Shown here piece by piece: positions 59,522 through 64,000 of a stretch of 64,000 bases of DNA. This DNA comes from Ideonella sp. GTDB lineage: Bacteria > Pseudomonadota > Gammaproteobacteria > Burkholderiales > Burkholderiaceae_C. The notes beneath the pieces are model-generated. The model did not search any database, was not told the origin of the DNA, and worked only from the letters and a program-made list of their open reading frames with translations. Made by a program: the position numbers and the translations under genes. Where the stretch lies: positions 43,627 to 107,626 of the forward strand of contig JADJDO010000020.1 of NCBI GenBank assembly GCA_016702655.1, written 5' to 3'. The first letter of the stretch is position 1. Each line of letters opens with the position of its first letter.

Positions 59522-60976
59522 ATGAATGTGACTAGCTACCCTTCACTTGGGTTGCTGATTGACGGTCGGTGGCGCCTAGGTGAAGGTCGGGATTTGCTGC
59601 CTGTTGCGAACCCGGCGACGGGGGAGGTGCTGGCCCATCTGCCGGTGGCCCGGGAGGCCGATGTCGACGAGGCCGTCGCCGCCGCACATCGTGCATTCGG
59701 GCTGTGGCGAGGGATGGCGGCCATCGAGCGATCGGTCATCCTCAGGGACATTGCAGCGCGCATTCGTGAACAGGAAGCGCGGCTGGCAAGCATCCTGACG
59801 CTCGAGCAGGGAAAGCGCACGGCTGAGGCCCTGATCGAGCTTCGCGGCGCCGCCGACACCTTCGAGTGGATGGCGGAGGAGGGCAAACGTGTCTACGGGC
59901 GAACGGTTCCTGCGCGAACGGCGGGCGTCGACCAGTTCGTGCGCCACGAGCCCGTCGGTCCCGTGGCTGCGTTCTCGCCCTGGAACTTCCCGGCGGTGCT
60001 GGCGGTGCGGAAGGTGGCGACGGCGCTGGCTGCCGGCTGCACGGTCGTGCTCAAGCCCGCCGAGGAGACACCGGGCATCATGGTCGCGATTGCCCAGTTG
60101 TGCTTGGACGCGGGCCTGCCCGCGGGCGTCCTCAACGTGCTCTACGGCGTTCCGGCGCAGATCTCGTCCCGGCTCATCGCCTCCCCGCTGATGCGCAAGG
60201 TGTCGTTTACGGGCTCCGTGCCCGTCGGGCGGCAACTCGCCGCCCAGGCCGGAGCGCTGGCCAAGAGAATCACGCTGGAGTTGGGCGGGCATGCGCCGGT
60301 CATCGTGATGGACGATGTCGACGTGGAGCAGGTTGCGGCTCTGACCATCGCGGCCAAGTTTCGCAACGCGGGCCAGTTGTGTCTTTGCCCGACGCGCTTC
60401 TACGTGCATGAGGCTGTTCACGACCGTTTCGTGACCGCTCTTGGGGTGCGCGCCGCCGCGCTGCGGGTCGGAAATGGATTGGAACCGACCACCCAGATGG
60501 GACCTTTGGCGAACGGCCGGCGCGTCGAAGCGATGCGCGCCTTCTGCGAGGACGCGGTGCAACGCGGAGCGCGAATCGTCGCGGGCGGAAAGGTCCCTGT
60601 AGGGCTGGCGCCAGGTGGGCATTTCTGGGCGCCCACGGTCATGTCGAGCATTCCCGACGATGCGCGGGCGATGCAGGACGAGCCGTTCGGTCCGCTCGCC
60701 CTGATCTCCAGATTCTCCGATCTGGGCGATGCGCTGGCGCGCGCGAATGCACTTGATTTCGGCCTGGCTTCGTATGCCTTCACGCGTTCGCTGGCCGCGG
60801 CCTACGCCATCGAACACGGCCTCGAGGCGGGCAACGTGAGCATTAACACCTATGCGGTCAGCCCGCCCGAGATGCCTTTCTCTGGCATCAAGAGCAGCGG
60901 CCTAGGTAGCGAGATGGGAACCGAGGGCCTGCTCGATCACATGAATCTCAAGTCCGTTATTCGCGCCGTGGCCTGA
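59522..60976 (+). CDS. NAD(P)-dependent aldehyde dehydrogenase (succinate-semialdehyde dehydrogenase-like)
   Basis: 484 aa. PWNFP, the catalytic region ELGGHAPVIV...GQLCLCPTRF and EEPFGP-like MQDEPFGPL. Confidence 0.9.
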   Translation: MNVTSYPSLGLLIDGRWRLGEGRDLLPVANPATGEVLAHLPVAREADVDEAVAAAHRAFGLWRGMAAIERSVILRDIAARIREQEARLASILTLEQGKRTAEALIELRGAADTFEWMAEEGKRVYGRTVPARTAGVDQFVRHEPVGPVAAFSPWNFPAVLAVRKVATALAAGCTVVLKPAEETPGIMVAIAQLCLDAGLPAGVLNVLYGVPAQISSRLIASPLMRKVSFTGSVPVGRQLAAQAGALAKRITLELGGHAPVIVMDDVDVEQVAALTIAAKFRNAGQLCLCPTRFYVHEAVHDRFVTALGVRAAALRVGNGLEPTTQMGPLANGRRVEAMRAFCEDAVQRGARIVAGGKVPVGLAPGGHFWAPTVMSSIPDDARAMQDEPFGPLALISRFSDLGDALARANALDFGLASYAFTRSLAAAYAIEHGLEAGNVSINTYAVSPPEMPFSGIKSSGLGSEMGTEGLLDHMNLKSVIRAVA

Positions 60977-60978
60977 CG

Positions 60979-61692
60979 ATGGAAAGCTACCAGGTTCTCG
61001 AGTGGAGCCAGTCGCTGCAGCGGGTCCGGCGGCTACGGCGATCATGTGCTGGTTCCGGATGCGCGTTACGTCCTTCCCTATGGCGCCATCGATCCGCTGA
61101 CCGCGGCCAGCGCCGCCTGTTCGGGCCTGACGGCCTACTCGGCGTTGCGAAAGCTCCCGCCAGCGACGCGGGACGACGTGATCGCCCTCATCGGCGCCGG
61201 CGGGCTCTTGGCCGCGCTTGGCTTGGTGCGCCACCTGACTCCCGCACGGGTGGCTGTGATCGACAACAACGATGCCAAGCTCGAGCTGGCACGCCAGCAC
61301 GCAGACTTGGTGCTCAACATCTGCGACGAGGATACGGCAGCGGCGCTGCGCGCGTTCGGCGGCGGTGGGGTATTTGGCGTCGTGGACTTCGTGGGCACCG
61401 CCCAAACGCTCGAATGGGGAATGGGCGCTATGCGCAAGGGCGGGACGCTGATCGAGGTGGGCCTGTTCGGGGGAAGCATCTCCCTGTCCGTTCCGCTGCT
61501 GCCCATGCGAAATCTGAAGTTGGTGGGTCCTATGTCGGATCCTTGGAGGAGTTCATCGAACTGCTGGCGCTGCTTGGCCGCGAGCAGGTCAGGACGGTGC
61601 CACTCATTGCACGCCCCATGTCGCAGATCAACGAGATCTTCGAGGACATAAGTCACGGTCGGGTGGCCGGACGTGTCGTGGCGCTGGCATGA
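60979..61692 (+). pseudogene. Zinc-type (MDR) alcohol dehydrogenase remnant: catalytic domain deleted, plus a -1 frameshift near 61526
   Basis: N-terminus MESYQVLEWSQSLQ jumps directly to GGYGDHVLVPDARYVLPYG (normally ~residue 130). The Rossmann domain reads in ORF 61046..61651, and the C-terminus (SYVGSLEEFIELL...GRVAGRVVALA*) returns to the first frame. Total is ~237 codons versus a typical ~345. Confidence 0.8.
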
Positions 61693-61737
61693 GGCGAGCA
61701 CACATGCCATGAGTGTTGATCAACAGGAGACAAGACC

Positions 61738-62950
61738 GTGAAACTCACATTCCTTCCCACTGCTTTTGCATCCCTGTCAGCTGCCGCCGTGATCGGCTTG
61801 GCGGTGGTGTCGCCAGCCGCCGCCCAACTCGGGCGTCACCGCCACGGAGATCAAATTCGGCCAGACAGTACCCTACAGCGGGCCCGCGTCGGCATTCGCC
61901 GGCAACGGCCGGGTGCAGACGGCGTACTTCAAGATGCTCAACGATCGCGGCGGGATCAACGGGCGCAAGCTCAACCTGATCAGCCTGGACGACGCCTACT
62001 CCCCGCCTAAGACGCTCGAACAGACGCGCAAGATGGTCGAGCAGGACAACGTGGCGTTCATCTTCGCCACGCTCGGCACCACTCCCAACCGTGCCATTGC
62101 CAAGTACCTCAACGACCGCAAGGTGCCGCAACTGCTGATCGGCTCGACTGCCTCGGGCTTCGCGGAGCCGCAGAAGTTGCCCTGGACCCTGGGAATCATG
62201 CCCACGGGCGACATCGAAGCCCTGCTGTACGGTAAATACATTCTCCAGGAGCGCCCCGACGCCAAGATCGGCGTCCTGTATGCAAACGACGACGTGGGCA
62301 AGACCTATCTAGCGGGGCTGAAGGCCGGCCTGGGCGATAAGGCCAAGACCATGATCGTGGCGGAGCAGTCGTATGAACTGACCGATGCATCCATCGACTC
62401 GCAAATCATCTCCCTGAAAGCCAAGGGCGCGGACGTGCTGTTCAACACGGCACACCCGAAGTTCGTGACGCAGGCCATCCGAAAGGTGAACGACCTGGAC
62501 TGGAAGCCGCTTCACATCGTGGTCAACTCGTCGAGCTCCATCGGCATGACGCTGCAGCCGGCGGGGCTGGAAAAGGCTGTCGGAATTGTCTCCGCCCAAT
62601 ACATGAAGGATCCGACGGATCCGCAGTGGGCGAACGATCCGGCCATGCGCGAATGGCTGGAATTCATGAAGAAGTACGACCCGGATGGCAACACCAAGGA
62701 CTACATGCTGGTGCTGGCCACGACGCAGGCGCAAGTGATGACCCAGATCCTGCAGGCCGCGGGCCAGGATCTCTCGCGCGAGAACTTGATGCGCCAAGCG
62801 CTCAGCCTAAAGGACCTGCAGATGCCGCTGCTGCTGCCGGGCATCAAGATCAACACGTCGCAGACGGACTATCAGCCGATCAAGCAGATGCAGATGATGC
62901 GGTTTGACGGTACGCGCTGGCAGCTGTTCGGCGGTGTCCTTTCGAAGTAA
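61738..62950 (+). pseudogene. Liv-type (PBP1) ABC substrate-binding protein with an apparent +1 insertion near 61828
   Basis: The signal peptide (MKLTFLPTAFASLSAAAVIGLAVVSPAAAQ) is in one frame. The mature protein (SGVTATEIKFGQTVPYSGPASAFAGNGRVQTAYFKMLNDRGGINGRKL...) is in the next frame. The span is 1213 nt, which is 3n+1. Confidence 0.85.
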
Positions 62951-62971
62951 GTTCTGGACCGGGCTGCTTGA

Positions 62972-63814
62972 ATGTCTGCCGTGAATGTCGTGGTCGACGC
63001 ACCCGTGCGGCGCGGCGCGGCTGCATCGCCGCAATCGCCGTTGCTGGAGGTGCAGGGCGTGCACATCTCCTTCGGCGGCATCGTCGCGCTGGACGACGTG
63101 TCATTTTCCGTTCAGTCCGGCTGCATCTGCGGGCTGATCGGGCCCAATGGCGCGGGCAAGACGACGCTATTCAACTGCCTGAGCGGTCTGTACCGGCCGC
63201 AGCGTGGAACACTGCGCTTCGCGGGCCAGTCGACACTGGATCTGCCGCGACACCACATGGCGAAGCTGGGCATCGGGCGAACCTTTCAGAACCTGGCCCT
63301 CTTCGGGAGCATGAGCGTTGAGCGCAACGTCTTGGTCGGCGGCTATGCGGCCCACGGCGGCGGATACCTCGCATCGATGCTGGACCTTCCCGGTGCGCGC
63401 GAGTCCGAGCGGGCATTGCGGCACGATTGCAAGGAACTGCTCGCGCTGCTCGATCTGGAAGACGTCGCCGGCGAACGGGTAAGCAACCTGCCCTTCGGCA
63501 CGCAGAAACGGGTGGAGTTCGCGCGTGCGCTGGCCTGCCGCCCGCGCCTGCTGCTGCTGGACGAGCCGGCCGCGAGCCTGACGCACGAGGAAGTCGAGGA
63601 TCTGCGGGCGTTGATCCTGAAGCTGCAGCGCACGCTGGGGCTGACGGTGCTCTTGGTCGAGCACCACATGGGACTCGTCATGGGCGTGGCCGATCAGGTG
63701 GTGGTGCTGAGCTTCGGACGCAAGATCGCCGATGGACGCGCGGCCGACGTGCGTAGCCACCCGGAGGTGATCCGTGCCTATCTCGGAGGCGATGCGCATG
63801 ACGCCGCTGCTTGA
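62972..63814 (+). CDS. livG: Branched-chain amino acid ABC transporter ATP-binding protein (LivG-like)
   Basis: Walker A GPNGAGKTT, signature LPFGTQKRVEFARAL, Walker B LLLLDEPA. Confidence 0.9.
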   Translation: MSAVNVVVDAPVRRGAAASPQSPLLEVQGVHISFGGIVALDDVSFSVQSGCICGLIGPNGAGKTTLFNCLSGLYRPQRGTLRFAGQSTLDLPRHHMAKLGIGRTFQNLALFGSMSVERNVLVGGYAAHGGGYLASMLDLPGARESERALRHDCKELLALLDLEDVAGERVSNLPFGTQKRVEFARALACRPRLLLLDEPAASLTHEEVEDLRALILKLQRTLGLTVLLVEHHMGLVMGVADQVVVLSFGRKIADGRAADVRSHPEVIRAYLGGDAHDAAA

Positions 63815-64000
63815 GCTCCAAGGCGTTGGCGCAGCATACGCAAGCCGGCCGGTCTTGTTCGGCGTCGATCTGAAGGTCATGAGCGGCGGCATCACGACCT
63901 TGCTCGGCGCGAATGGCGCCGGTAAGACGACCACGCTGCGGGCAATCTGCAACCTCATGGTTCGATCCACGGGCCGCATCCGGCTGGCCGGCCAGGCGAT
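63798..64000 (+). CDS. livF: LivF-like ABC ATP-binding protein, 3' end outside the window
   Basis: MTPLLELQGVGAAYASRPVLFGVDLKVMSGGITTLLGANGAGKTTTLRAI... read by hand. Overlaps the livG end. An alternative in-frame ATG is at 63792. Confidence 0.8.
   Translation, partial: MTPLLELQGVGAAYASRPVLFGVDLKVMSGGITTLLGANGAGKTTTLRAICNLMVRSTGRIRLAGQA

Overview
High-GC (roughly 68-70% by eye) chromosomal window whose gene content looks Burkholderiales/Comamonadaceae-like (Bug/TctC binding protein, TRAP and BMP transporters); the taxon is inference only. I call about 60 protein genes and one tRNA-Arg(ACG). There is no rRNA, CRISPR array, integrase or recognisable transposase. Blocks in order: (1) 1-3.5 kb envelope genes: EamA permease, 7-blade FG-GAP lipoprotein, DUF3307, GlpQ. 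(2) 3.5-10.9 kb: a segment bracketed by two ~150-bp direct copies of the 3' end of an S10 peptidase gene. It carries a coupled DUF2339/DUF3999 pair and a divergent PlsY paralog coupled to a GNAT-class V aminotransferase fusion. (3) 10.9-17.8 kb: S10 peptidase, DUF429, a secreted protein, MipA, a tightly overlapped PaaI/DUF2164/membrane/DUF1272 operon, a CopZ-like gene and a LysR gene. (4) 17.9-35.6 kb: a tartronate-semialdehyde supercluster with gcl-hyi-glxR-glycerate kinase, then garD, lactonase, TRAP and udh, then GntR, Bug, gudD-garL-garR. It is bounded by two near-identical reductase genes. (5) 35.6-53.4 kb: hemerythrin plus Crp/Fnr, then purine catabolism and salvage (xdhABC, LysR, guaD, BMP-type ABC transporter, add), TerC, SYLF and a second BMP binding protein. 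(6) 53.5-57.5 kb: hemCDXY. (7) tRNA-Arg at 57.6 kb, followed by a lower-GC, decayed accessory stretch: a disrupted unknown wHTH protein, ALDH, an internally deleted ADH, and a frameshifted Liv-type binding protein with livG/livF. Main second-look items: about 11 single-base indels, mostly in homopolymers, that break otherwise conserved genes (likely assembly error, but needs checking); a REP-like repeat family sitting inside operons and spanned by mini-ORFs that end 0-2 nt before the next start codon (the next gene, or the second mini-ORF); the orphan S10 peptidase fragment; the PlsY-like/GNAT-aminotransferase pair; and the tRNA-adjacent unknown protein. I found no clear-cut new defence or mobile system. 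The candidates are offered as hypotheses.
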